Assembly (NCBI GenBank): GCA_965223905.1
Contig: CBDCXV010000002.1
Coordinates: 448,001-512,000, forward strand
Reading direction: 5' to 3'
From: Candidatus Latescibacterota bacterium
GTDB lineage: Bacteria; Latescibacterota; UBA2968; UBA8231
DNA: 64,000 bases
Made by a program: the position numbers and the translations under genes. Position 1 is the stretch's first letter, and each line of letters opens with the position of its first letter. Positions 32,257-42,345 of the stretch are shown piece after piece. The notes below the pieces were generated by a model. The model saw nothing but the letters and a program-made list of their open reading frames with translations, searched no databases and had not been told where the DNA came from.

Positions 32257-32694
32257 TTACTTGGGCTCGCCGCCGCTCATCAGCACCCCGGCGCGCTCGA
32301 CCAGCTCCATCAACACCTCCATCTCGACCTCGGCGAGGCGGCGGAAGCCGATGCTGCTCTTGCCGACCTTGACCCTGCCGAGCCGGCCGGCGTACGCCTC
32401 GGTGAGGTAGCGGCGGCCGTCGGCGGCGTTGACGTAGACGCTGTAGTAGTTCTTCTGCCGCGCCAGCCCGACGATGAACCACTCCACCGGCTTTTTGTCG
32501 GAGCGCACGTAGGAGTAGTCGCCGTAGCCGATGATGGCCTGTTCGCTGCCGCCCCAGAACACCCCCTCCCACAGGCTGCGCCGGTGACCGGGCAGCGCCG
32601 CGGCGATGCGCCGGTCCAGCGCGGTCATGTCGCCGCGGATCTCCTCCGGCAGCGATGCGAGGTATTCGTCGGGTGATGTGGATACGCGTTTCAT
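32257..32694 (-). CDS. DUF1801 (YdhG-like) protein
   Basis: IIGYG, GLARQKNYYSVY, GKSSIGF. Confidence 0.8.
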   Translation of the reverse strand: MKRVSTSPDEYLASLPEEIRGDMTALDRRIAAALPGHRRSLWEGVFWGGSEQAIIGYGDYSYVRSDKKPVEWFIVGLARQKNYYSVYVNAADGRRYLTEAYAGRLGRVKVGKSSIGFRRLAEVEMEVLMELVERAGVLMSGGEPK

Positions 32695-32758
32695 GCTCGA
32701 AACCTACGGCACCGAACCGAGACCATCCGGTCGTTGACGATTGCTGGTCTCCACGTTT

Positions 32759-33943
32759 CTACTCCGATGTATCCAGGATGGCCAATGCCGCCTCGATATG
32801 CCCCACCGCCTTCCGATCCCCATCGAGGGCTTCAGCGATGAGAGCGCGTGCCCTGGCGCGGGCGTCCTCCGGAAAGTTGTCTTCATGCTTCGCTGTATGG
32901 CATATCTCGTAAAGCGGCTCCAGCGCATCCAATTCCCGTTCATACTGGGCAGCCGCGGCGTTCAGCTCACCACCCGCTTCCGGGAACATGGCGGCGAGCT
33001 CCCGAAGATATCCCGCGGCACCTTGCCGGCTGGCCCGGATGATCCGGGCGTGAAAATGGGAATGGAAGGGAGAACCATCCTCCGACTCGAGGGCCTCAAT
33101 CCAGAGCTCGTAGGCGGCAAATCCGCGAGCGTCGACATCGTAGACGGCCTCTGACGGATCATAGCGCCTTCCGTTCGCGAAGGCGACGGCATTCCGCAGC
33201 GCGGTGCGGTGCGTTGTCCTTTCGTCGACGTCCGACGGACGGTCGTAAACCATCACGTTGAACAACTCGACCGGGTCGGTATGGCCGATGGCATCATAGC
33301 GAACGGAAAAATCGGACCCTTCCCGGGTTCGCCATTTGTGCCGGACGGTGTACGTCTCGTCGGTGTCGTCGTAGCCGACGAGCATACCCCAGTTGCCCGC
33401 CCCGATACCGCTCGCCTTCTGCTCAGGGCTCATCGCCTGCCAGGCAAGGGCGGGGATTCCCTTCTGCAGGCTCGCCCGAACCGCATCCCTCGCTTCCGCC
33501 TTGAGGGCGGGAAGGTCGACGTCGAGGTCCGCCTTTGTAGCGTGGAAAACACGGAACCGTGCTATCTGCGGGTAGAGATCGTACCAGAGCCACCAATCGA
33601 GGTTGGCGTCGTGCCAGACTTCCCCGCCGCCCTTTCGCATCTCGAAGGCGAAGGCGTGTCCGGTGACGCCGCGTAGACGATCGGTGGACCACTCCGTTTG
33701 TCCGGCGCTCTGCAACATGGGATGGAGGACGGAGATGAGAGTCGAAAGGTTCGGTTGCGAGGGGTGGGCGTCCACGAGGAGAGGCATCGTCCGATCTCCT
33801 TCCGGCGCGGGATCGGTCAGATCTGCGCCCGCTGTGGTTGTGTCGGATACAGCCGGGGCAAGGACACCGGCGCTGGACACGTGGTCGGCGCCCGAGCATG
33901 TCGCCGTCAGCCAAAGGGCAGACAGCACCAGTAAGTACTGCAT
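32759..33943 (-). CDS. Secreted hypothetical protein (BtrH-like/papain-fold possible)
   Basis: Signal peptide; GVTGHAFAF, WGMLVGYDD, GFAAYELW. Confidence 0.6.
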   Translation of the reverse strand: MQYLLVLSALWLTATCSGADHVSSAGVLAPAVSDTTTAGADLTDPAPEGDRTMPLLVDAHPSQPNLSTLISVLHPMLQSAGQTEWSTDRLRGVTGHAFAFEMRKGGGEVWHDANLDWWLWYDLYPQIARFRVFHATKADLDVDLPALKAEARDAVRASLQKGIPALAWQAMSPEQKASGIGAGNWGMLVGYDDTDETYTVRHKWRTREGSDFSVRYDAIGHTDPVELFNVMVYDRPSDVDERTTHRTALRNAVAFANGRRYDPSEAVYDVDARGFAAYELWIEALESEDGSPFHSHFHARIIRASRQGAAGYLRELAAMFPEAGGELNAAAAQYERELDALEPLYEICHTAKHEDNFPEDARARARALIAEALDGDRKAVGHIEAALAILDTSE

Positions 33944-34181
33944 ACCCGATCCCTCGCGACCTTCCGGTAGGCGGGGATACTTGATAGTCCTCATTATGGC
34001 AGTGGGGGAGCTGAAAACGATGGAGGTCGATAGCCCGAGCTCCCCCCGAGCAGTCTCCTGTATTTGGATATTGGTGCCCGATTCCGGCTCGGCTCACGCC
34101 GAGTCTGCGACCGACCCCGGCTTGGTGGTTCCGACCGGGCTGCAGGGCGGCCGAATTCACGCGGAAGTGCGCGCGCAGGAA

Positions 34182-35318
34182 CTAGTGCAGAAGACGGTAC
34201 CTCACGTCCCCGAAGGCCGTGCTGCTCTCCCACACCATAAAGCCGAAAGCCCCCGCGCGGAAGGTCTCGTCGGCAACCTGGTTGACCAGCTTCCCATCGA
34301 CGTACGAGGTCAGAGAGGCACCCCGGGCTGCGATCTGGACCTCGTATTCCTGGCCGGCGTGAAGGGCGTGGTTCACTACGCTCAGCTTGGTTACACCGCG
34401 GTCGACCACCTTGCTGACGGCAACCGCCTGCCATCCCAGGAGGAAATCAAGCATATAGAAGTTCCTCCCGTCCTCTGACAGGCGGAAGGCCGCTTGAGCG
34501 TTCCCTCCGGAGATCGGGGTCACCAGAAAGGAGAGCTCGTAGTCGGACCAGGTCGGCTCCCCGGCGATGAGCAGGGGGGACTCCTCCCCGAGTTCCCTGC
34601 TGTCACCGACGATGGCGTTGCCTTCGACTCTCCAGGTCTTCTCGAGAGCGTCTCGCTCCGCGACCGGATGCGGCCTCCAGGAGGACAGTCCCTCATCGGC
34701 TGGAACCACCTGCCAATTGATGAGCCCCCTCATTCCCCCGATGACGTCGCGGGGGGATGTCTCCGGAGAGGCGGTGGGCTCGTGTGATTTCCTTGCCATG
34801 TCCCGGATCCTTTCTCGCATCAGTCTGCGCGATCTGTGGAGTCGGCTCTTTGCAGTACCGACGGGTATGCCGAGTTGTTCGGCGATTCGATGGAGCTCCA
34901 TACCGGCCAGATAGAAAAGGGTGACGACGGCCCTGTCCGGCGGCGCGAGGCTGTTGACCAGGACCTTGAGCTCTCTGTAGTCGAGGGAGGCCTGCAAGTC
35001 CGATGAGAGCAAATCGTTCCTCAACTCGTACTCTGGAAGGCGTTCCCGCTCGAGCCGCTTTTGCCGCAGCATCTTTCGGGCGACGTTGCGGGCGATGGTG
35101 TGGAGCCATGCCGGGAATTTGCCGGGGTCTTTCAGATCATCGAGGCGCCGGAAGGCCAGGATGAACGCTTCCTGCGCGGCATCCTCGACATCGTCCGGAT
35201 CGCCGAGAAGGGACGAAACCGTTCGAACGACGCTTGCCCAATGCCTGTCCACAAGCAGGCGAAAGGCATCCTGACTGCCCTGGTTGCACCTGGCAACGAG
35301 TTCCTGGTCTGAGAACAC
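34182..35318 (-). CDS. ECF sigma-70 factor with C-terminal beta-sandwich (DUF1080/ConA-like) extension
   Basis: DAAQEAF, FPAWLHTIARN, GTAKSRLHRSR; C-term WRVEGNAIVG, WSDYELS, YVDGKLV. Confidence 0.88.
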   Translation of the reverse strand: MFSDQELVARCNQGSQDAFRLLVDRHWASVVRTVSSLLGDPDDVEDAAQEAFILAFRRLDDLKDPGKFPAWLHTIARNVARKMLRQKRLERERLPEYELRNDLLSSDLQASLDYRELKVLVNSLAPPDRAVVTLFYLAGMELHRIAEQLGIPVGTAKSRLHRSRRLMRERIRDMARKSHEPTASPETSPRDVIGGMRGLINWQVVPADEGLSSWRPHPVAERDALEKTWRVEGNAIVGDSRELGEESPLLIAGEPTWSDYELSFLVTPISGGNAQAAFRLSEDGRNFYMLDFLLGWQAVAVSKVVDRGVTKLSVVNHALHAGQEYEVQIAARGASLTSYVDGKLVNQVADETFRAGAFGFMVWESSTAFGDVRYRLLH

Positions 35319-35495
35319 GCTTCTCCCTCAATCCCGTGCCGGTCGGACCGGATTGCACATTAATGATCCGGGAATTCACCCCGGGTTCACGAAAAATCGA
35401 GGAGTAATTGCGCAGCCTGCACAACCGTGGCCGGTGCCTTTATATTGACGACCGAGGGGAGAACGGATGAATGAACTGCTAGTATTTTTGCGAGC

Positions 35496-35888
35496 GTGTT
35501 TTTCCGCGAGGTATTCCAGCCCGTCCTCGAGTCGGAGTTTCCCGGGGTTCTGACCAAGCTGAGCGCCGGCGTCGTGGGAGGTGGGTCGGACAGTCTGGGA
35601 ACGGACGACGAACTGTCCCGCGATCACGACTGGGGGGTAGGCCGGTGCCGGTTGTGCCTGCCCGAGGATGAGGCAGCGGACAAGGGTCGCGCCATCTCGG
35701 AGGCACTGTCCGCGGCAGTACCTGAAGGATATCTGGGACTGCCGAGGAATGTGCATTCTGAGGGACTGCTGCCGGACGCGAAACCACGCCATGCGATGGG
35801 GGCGTTCGATCTGATCGGGAGCATCGAGTCGGAAGAAATTAAGGATATCGGGCGTGAGCTGGACCCGAATCTGGGACCAGATCTGTAG
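35496..35888 (+). pseudogene. DUF4037-associated protein remnant
   Basis: AGVVGGGSDSLGTDDELSRDHDWG motif; internally deleted. Confidence 0.6.
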
Positions 35889-35985
35889 GGAGAGAGACTA
35901 TATTCACTTCCGGTCCCCTCTTTAAGACCGGAGCGCGGGGAAGCCCCATGCCGGATACATCTGGGTTCAAACAGAAGGTGAGTTT

Positions 35986-36076
35986 TTGAAAAAGAGACTG
36001 TTGTTCAACTGTACCCTGTTGTTCGTGTGTGTCCTGTTCGTCCCGAACAGCTTGGCCCAGGACTATACCCGCTGGA
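35986..36076 (+). pseudogene. 5' stub of a secreted protein (signal peptide + AQDYTRW)
   Basis: Signal peptide, then abrupt switch at GGGAATTAT to AT-rich sequence. Confidence 0.45.
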
Positions 36077-36347
36077 GGGGGAATTATATCGATAACTACG
36101 CAAGGGTAACTTTAGTAATATCATCCGCGAATTTAAAGAAATTCTGGTATAATATAGTAGAGAAAATACCAGAGAGAAGGACATCCAGGTCCTCAAGTGT
36201 TTAGCCCCGAACACGGAAGCCATGTCAGATTGACACCGCGCGTAATCGCCGCTGGGGGTGAGGAATCATTCCGGCTGGTTGACAAGCGGGCAAGGAGGAT
36301 AGCTGAGGATTTCTCAGGTGCAGGCTGACGAGAGGCACCGAGCACCG

Positions 36348-36675
36348 GGTTGTCACCTTGCTGACCGTTCGGAAAGATTTCCCGCTTTCATCGACAGACT
36401 CAGTTCGACCGACGATGCGGAAGCGAGGCAACAGGCAGCGGTTGTCACCTTGCTGACCATTCGAGATGAATTCCCGCTTCGATCCACAGACTCAGTTCGA
36501 CCCCCGATGCGAAGAAAGACAGGGTAGGTACCCAGCGGGAAGGTTCCTCATGGACCCGGAGAGCATCCCTGCATCCGGGAAAACAGACGAGCAGGAAACC
36601 GAGGTATGGCCCCTGTTGCAGTCGTTGATTTCACCTGGGGTTTTTCACCTTGCTGACTTTTCGGAAGGATTCGCC
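36348..36675. repeat. Diverged direct repeats (two ~75-bp units with 92-bp period, plus one partial)
   Basis: GGTTGTCACCTTGCTGACC...ACAGACTCAGTTCGACC at 36348 and 36440; TCACCTTGCTGAC..TTCGGAA near 36645. Confidence 0.8.
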
Positions 36676-37690
36676 CTCCCTCCACCGATGATGAGTGAAG
36701 GGAGTCGGAGGGACCTCTGTCTCCACCAGATCCCGGTACGTCAGCCGTTTCCGCATCATCCGCGCCGTCAAATACCTCATCTGCTCGTCGGAGTCCAAGT
36801 GGCGAATGTTGAACCTGCCTGTGATCTCGTTGAGGTATCGGGGGAGATACTTGGGTGATACGTGGTGATAGGTCCCGTGATAGGTCCCGTGATAGGTCCC
36901 GTGATAGGTTCCTTCCGCCAGAGCATTAAACGATTCCGCTCCGTTGGTATGGGCGCCGCATCTTACGTATTCACCTTTATTGTGGATTACGGTTACGTGC
37001 ATCCCCGCCACTCCGAAATCGGAATAGGCACTGAACTCGTCGGGGTAAAGGATTGCCCCTGGGACCAGGTTTTTCCTTGCGATTGGGCGCAAGGTCTTGC
37101 GCTTCCTGTCCGGAACCACCTCGGTGCCAACCCTGCCGGTTTCCATGTCAAACACTACGACCCCGATCTTCACGCCCTTCCGCCTGTTGCCGCCAAACTT
37201 CTTGTTGCGGTGCCTGTTATAATCGTTTCCCACGAAAAAGGCTTCGTCCATTTGAACTCTCCTGCTGCGCAGCGGTTCCTGATCCGACCACCCTTCCCGG
37301 ATGCGATGCAGCATAAAAAATGCCGACGAATACGCAAGGCCGGGGTCGCGGGCAAGCTGCCTGGCGCTGATTCCCTTCGGGCGGGATAGGTGCAGGTGGA
37401 TTCCTATGGCCCATTTTTGCCAGGGGATCTTGGAGTGGGACATCACGGTTGGTGATTGGTGCGAACATCGCTTTCGACAGTCGCCACACCAGTAGGGCTG
37501 GGGTTTCCGGTTGGGACATTCCGATATCATGCCGCAGCGGCCGCAGTGCGGGCAGTGTATGTTGACGGGAAGGCCGTCTACTGTCTTTCCCCATCTGAAC
37601 TCTTCAAACCATTTTTCCGCCGTTGAAGGTCTGGAAATTTCCTGAATAATTCGATTAACGAGATACGTTTACCATACTCATCCTTGATAA
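36631..37690 (-). mobile_element. IS1595-family (ISXO2-like) transposase pseudogene
   Basis: Zn ribbon CPHCG...CGDC, KGISARQLAR, QMDEAF, HTNGAESF, GTYHHVSPKYLPRYLNE; frameshift near 37627. Confidence 0.88.
36865..36908. repeat. 12-bp tandem repeat (GTGATAGGTCCC) about 3.5 copies, in frame (GTYH repeats)
   Basis: Direct reading; protein GTYHGTYHGTYHGTYH. Confidence 0.9.
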
Positions 37691-38218
37691 CCTTCGGGCC
37701 GTGGAATACCGAACTTGAGACCAGCGGCCCAAAAAAAATATTGTGATTCACGCTCCCATAGGGTTCCTTTCGGTTAGTGGGAAGGTGACCTGTCGGCGTT
37801 CACCGACAGATAGGGACTGGGAAGCGGTGGCGGAGCCTGACAGCTTCCCCCTTGCTCTGTGACTAACAAATATTATTGGCTGAATTAAAAAAGCGAATCG
37901 GTGGGAAACTTTATGGAGAGAGGCGGATAAGGGCGGCGAAAAACTTTAATTCCTGAGAGCAGGGGAGGGCGAGCAGGGAAGGGGAGAGGGCTAATCCCCT
38001 GAAAGGTCTATTTCTCGGGGGTCGGGGAAACGAAGTTGAGTTACGGCGGCGGTATCATTTCGGACAGTCGACGCGGAGATACGGGGGTCTCGGATAATCG
38101 AGAGGATGCTGCGCGACGCTTTCCGAGTGGCGAGAATCGGAGGACTGCGGCGACTGCTCGAAACTCAAGGCGAGTCCGCAATCCCCGGGGTAATCCGGGG
38201 CGATTCAGGAACTGCGGA

Positions 38219-38292
38219 TCGAGGTGCCGCTGAGGGATACGACTTGGTGGGGGGCTATTTCTGGACGGCAAGAGCTTCGGCGGCGAGGGTCT
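38219..38292. repeat. Diverged direct repeat, copy A (partner 41175-41246)
   Basis: TCGAGGTGCCGCTGA(A)GGGATACGA.TTGGTGG...AAGAGCT. Confidence 0.75.
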
Positions 38293-38309
38293 GTATCGCC
38301 TGGGAGTGG

Positions 38310-38491
38310 CACCCGCATCAGGGCCGCAACATGAACGGCATGACCCCGCTGCAGGCGTTCAAGAAAGGGCTTGACAACCAACTAGGCTCCGGGAAATTGG
38401 GAAATGGAGGAGAGCAGTGGAGAAAAACGCAGGCTGGAACAATTACTTCGAGGAAAAGGGGGGAGTGCTAGGTAGTTACCATTACTGCACA
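38310..38491 (+). mobile_element. IS481-family 3' remnant
   Basis: PHQGRNMNGMTPLQAF resembles IS481 transposase C-terminus; candidate end ...ATTACTGCACA. Confidence 0.55.
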
Positions 38492-38553
38492 TACCAGACC
38501 CGGAACCCGTCTAATGGATTTACCTTCTTTCTTGGATTGCCTTTTCTGTTTTG

Positions 38554-41015
38554 TCAAACCGCCGTTGCGGGTATGGTTGCCTCAAATTGGGCAAGAAATT
38601 GATCTACTTCACTGTCGGTAAATCCTTCTTTGTAGACTACCTGGACTTTTGCAAACTCCGCTTTTTTGCACAAGTTTTAGGTGTGCGACGATTCTCTCCT
38701 GCGTCCACCCTACTGTTATGGCCTGTTCGACCGCCCAGGTGATGGTTTTACTGAGCGTTTCTCGCGACACGGCTCGACAGGCTTCGCCAATGGTCGTCAG
38801 CACGGTATGAGCCCAGTCACGCGCACGGCCCTGCCGCCTCCGTGCCCTGAGCAGACTGTGCGTCAGCATCACGAGGTACCTATGCCGGGTCTGGCCCTCG
38901 CCGCTGCGTAACTGACCGTCTCCCATGCCCAGATGGTGCTTGCCGTCCCGATGAAAAGTCTCGGTGCCCGTCCAGCGTTTGCGATAGACGTTCAGAATAC
39001 GACTGATCTCCCAGTGCACGCGATTGGTCAGTAGAAACTTGACCGCTTCCCTGCCGTTCTTGCGATCCCACAGGATCACCAAGCGAACCCGGTGCTTGAG
39101 CTTGGGCAGACGCAGGGTTTTGGTGAAATACCGGTGAAATACCATTGTTTGCGCTTGCCGATGCTGACCTGTTTGCGATCCTCGGGTGGGATCTTCGCAG
39201 CCACTTCCGTGGCCTTCATCAGGCCGCCCTTGAACTCGACCTTGCGGTTGCTCTTCAGGGCCCCTACGTAGCCGCGCTCATGACTATGGATGTGATCGAG
39301 ACACTCGACACTGCTGAAGTAGCAGTCGAAGGCGAAATCGCCCGGGATCTGTCGGTACACGACCCCGTCCACCAGCTCTTTGAACAGCTCGGTATGGCTC
39401 TTGAAGGAGGTGTCCGTCTCCCCTTCCTGGCGCTTGCGAAAGCGACGGAATTCCAACGGATAGTATTTCCCCGAGGTGCACACGTAGTGGGCGATGACGT
39501 AGTCGTGGGCAATCCTATAGCGCTGGTCGGAGTGATCCCAAAACCAACCCACGTCCTCGATCTTGTCTCCGCTGTGGCCGACCAAGGTGTTGTCGATGGC
39601 GATCACCCCGCGCCCCGAATAGCGCGTCGAGGGGCGCTCCTGCAACCATTCCAGGCGGTGTTCGTTGAGCCAATTCCCGTCCCATCGCACCTGCGTAATC
39701 CAGCGGTTCAGGCAGGACTGGTCGGTGGTCTCGACGAACTCGGCGTTGATCGCCGATACATGTTTGCGTTCGGCCACCATCAACCCGGTCAGATACTGGG
39801 CAAAGTGACGGCGCTTCGGGGCGTTGGCGAAGATGCCGCCGAACTCTGCCACCGCTTCTTCAACCACCGTGGGAAAATCAACAATACCTGGCATGAACAA
39901 CCTCTCTCATGGCCAGGGGAAACGAAGGCGGGGGATGCCTTCGTCCTACCAAAAATACCAAGTTCCATCGAATTCGCGCTACCCTCTATCCTTGACCGAT
40001 TATCCCAGGAATTCTGCCTTTTGCAAAAGTCCAGGACTACCACGTGTTCACGCACCATATTTGGCATTTGGGAAATTAGAGCCGTCACATCCGTTTCGTC
40101 TTTTCTCTGGTCTATGACGAATACATGCGTTCCTTCTCGGAAATTATCTGTTAGAACTGTGTTGATTTGTGGGTCTCTAAACGAGAACCCGACGAAAATA
40201 ATAGCATGGGCTTGACGGGCAACTCCTCCAAGGTGGCCATAAAATGTATCAAAAGGGGACTCCAGTAGTTGATCCTTAAACCCTGGATATAAAATGACAT
40301 TATTTGTGGAATCAAAAGGTTGGTTCTGGATGTTTGAAAACTCTATTCTCCCATTGTAGTGTTTCCAGTCTATCGAGCCGTGTAATTTGGTTAGAAGTCC
40401 TGACTTTCCCGATGGATTGTCTTTAGTCCAGTGATCTTCGTTCAAGGTGAAAGCGATCCCTTGCTGGTTCCTCCCATATTCTATGTCAAGATCATTTACA
40501 TTGATAGTTCTTTCCAAAATGGTATCGTAATTTGTAGTGAAAATCTCTACCCTCCGGTTGGCAATGAGACCTTGAATAAACCGGCTCCAACGGTTGTCTT
40601 TATAAAAGGATTCGTCCTCCCTGGCGCCATAAACTTTATGAATTTCTTCATAAATAGAGTTTTTAATTTTGATCAATCCGGGAATAAAAGATGATATTTC
40701 ATTGATGACAATGGTATAATCAACCCGTGATTTGCTTAACATACTATGTATTCTATTACCGGCCATCATCCACCCCAAGGGTCTCCCATCATTTTTCATC
40801 ATTGATGCCTCTTCCAGATAATCATCAATTGCCCACAGCATATGTTCTATATCTATTTTCGGTCCTATGGTGTGGGTTAAGAATCCATGTATTTGATCGT
40901 ACCACATAGATCCAGTAACACTCTTTGGTAGACGGCTAAAAAAGCCGTCTGTGGTAGGGAACTTTCTCTTGTCTATGGCAGCCGATCCGCCCGCACCGAC
41001 GAATAACAAGATCAT
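38554..41015 (-). pseudogene. SIR2-like (SIR2_2) protein interrupted near its 3' end by IS701
   Basis: FVGAGGS, FTTNYD, KLHGSIDW, FVGFSFRD; removing IS plus one TSD restores ...HVVVYKEGFTDSEVDQFLAQFEATIPATAV-stop at 38554. Confidence 0.85.
38641..40034 (-). mobile_element. IS701-family element, complete ends, frameshifted transposase
   Basis: 15-bp IRs CTGGACTTTTGCAAA (38641-38655; 40020-40034), 6-bp TSD GACTAC; transposase (AIDNT, AFDCYF, ETFHRDGKHHLG) split by 11-bp tandem duplication at 39122-39143. Confidence 0.9.
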
Positions 41016-41174
41016 GATGTTCTTTCTTTCTGAGTTTGTATTTCAGCAACTGATTGACTCCACCCGAAAGCTATTCACCTTTCAGGCATTTTTGGATACT
41101 CCAGGGAGGATTCGTCCTTAATTCAGAATAGGCTGTTTTGCATTCTCTGAGACAGCATCCCTATATCCCAAGCG

Positions 41175-41246
41175 TCGAGGTGCCGCTGAAGGGATACGAG
41201 TTGGTGGCGCTGTTTCTCGAAAGGAAGAGCTCCGCCGCATGGATCT
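41175..41246. repeat. Diverged direct repeat, copy B
   Basis: Matches 38219-38292. Confidence 0.75.
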
Positions 41247-41652
41247 AAGTAGCCGAATAAATACCGGTTTGACAAGCTAACCTCAATAATTCTCTTATAA
41301 CGTCCTCGTCATCATTGTCATATCCAGCTATTTCAGAATGTGACTTATCGTTGCACGCAGGGAAGCGGTTAACCTCAAGACAGCAATTATTTTTATTTTC
41401 CACTGCACGAACATCTCCAGCATTCAATTTGGCGAGCTTGGATTTAGGGCTGATCTTGTTAAACTTGGATCGAAGTTTCTCCCTAACTCCTTTGAGTGCG
41501 ATCTTTGAAGAAGAACTAAAATATTCAAGCCAATTAACTGATAGATTTTCCCCCGGACGCAATATAAAGGCATCACTTGTCGGCAGACCGTCTTCTCCAA
41601 TAGTAGCTGCTCTACACCATCGGGTAATGTGGTTACCATCGGGTATTACCAT
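41245..41652 (-). CDS. Hypothetical protein, possible ADP-ribosyltransferase/RES-like fold
   Basis: 135 aa; R near N-term, AF, LSVNW, C-terminal SHSEIAG pattern; overlaps upstream ORF. Confidence 0.55.
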   Translation of the reverse strand: MVIPDGNHITRWCRAATIGEDGLPTSDAFILRPGENLSVNWLEYFSSSSKIALKGVREKLRSKFNKISPKSKLAKLNAGDVRAVENKNNCCLEVNRFPACNDKSHSEIAGYDNDDEDVIRELLRLACQTGIYSAT

Positions 41653-42344
41653 ACCTCTTCTGTCTCCGGAGGTATGCTGGTATACCCTCGCAAAAAATCT
41701 TGAAAGGCAATTTCCTGTTGTTCCAAGGGGATCAATCCGCCAGGATCTTCACCTGAAAAGGGAGTAGGGATATCCTGTTTTGACATCATAATTTGTTGAT
41801 TCCCTTGAAAAGGGTTTACGGTTTTGATAAACCCCATTCGGCGCAGTATCGGACTCACACTCTCGGCTATATCCTCAGATAGTAAAACTAAATCGTTGGC
41901 ATGCCATTCCTTGGTAGAAGATTGCCCGGAAACTTTAACCTGTTTCAGGGAGAGGAATCTCAAAATTAAAATATCGAACCTGGTAGTTTTCCATTGAGCA
42001 GAAAGAATCCCATTGGCAGCAGTAATATCCTGATAGAGGATTTCTGGATTTTGTTTGAAAAACATCCTAAGTGATTCCTCGGATTCTTTGTCTATAGGGA
42101 GTTCTTCTTCCGGATACTCCGCCACGACCTTTTTCAAATATCTTAACCTATTTTCAACGGCAGTCATGTAATCACCAAATGGCGTAAGTCCTCCAATTTG
42201 AACCCGAATCGAGTCATCATGACAGGTTGCTGAAAGCGACTCAGTCAACTTTTCAAGAATGCCATACTCTCTTGGGGCTTTGGCAATATCGGTCTCGACA
42301 GTCCAGCGCCCTCCCCGGATGAATTTACCCTTAGGACTTTTCAA
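41646..42344 (-). CDS. Hypothetical protein (middle gene of AT-rich operon)
   Basis: 232 aa ORF, TTG start 1 bp after upstream stop, RBS AGGAG. Confidence 0.65.
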   Translation of the reverse strand: MKSPKGKFIRGGRWTVETDIAKAPREYGILEKLTESLSATCHDDSIRVQIGGLTPFGDYMTAVENRLRYLKKVVAEYPEEELPIDKESEESLRMFFKQNPEILYQDITAANGILSAQWKTTRFDILILRFLSLKQVKVSGQSSTKEWHANDLVLLSEDIAESVSPILRRMGFIKTVNPFQGNQQIMMSKQDIPTPFSGEDPGGLIPLEQQEIAFQDFLRGYTSIPPETEEVW

Positions 42345-42345
42345 A

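Noticed and set aside
8253-35888. Integron cassette array
   Set aside because: Genes in mixed orientation, no recurring attC-like sites recognised, no intI
36348-36675. Possible CRISPR array
   Set aside because: Only 2-3 diverged units, similarity extends through the would-be spacer, irregular spacing, no cas genes
36079-37999. Paired terminal IRs for the IS1595 element
   Set aside because: GGGAATTAT at 36079 fits an IS1595-subgroup end, but the candidate partner near 37991-37999 matches too weakly and no TSD was found
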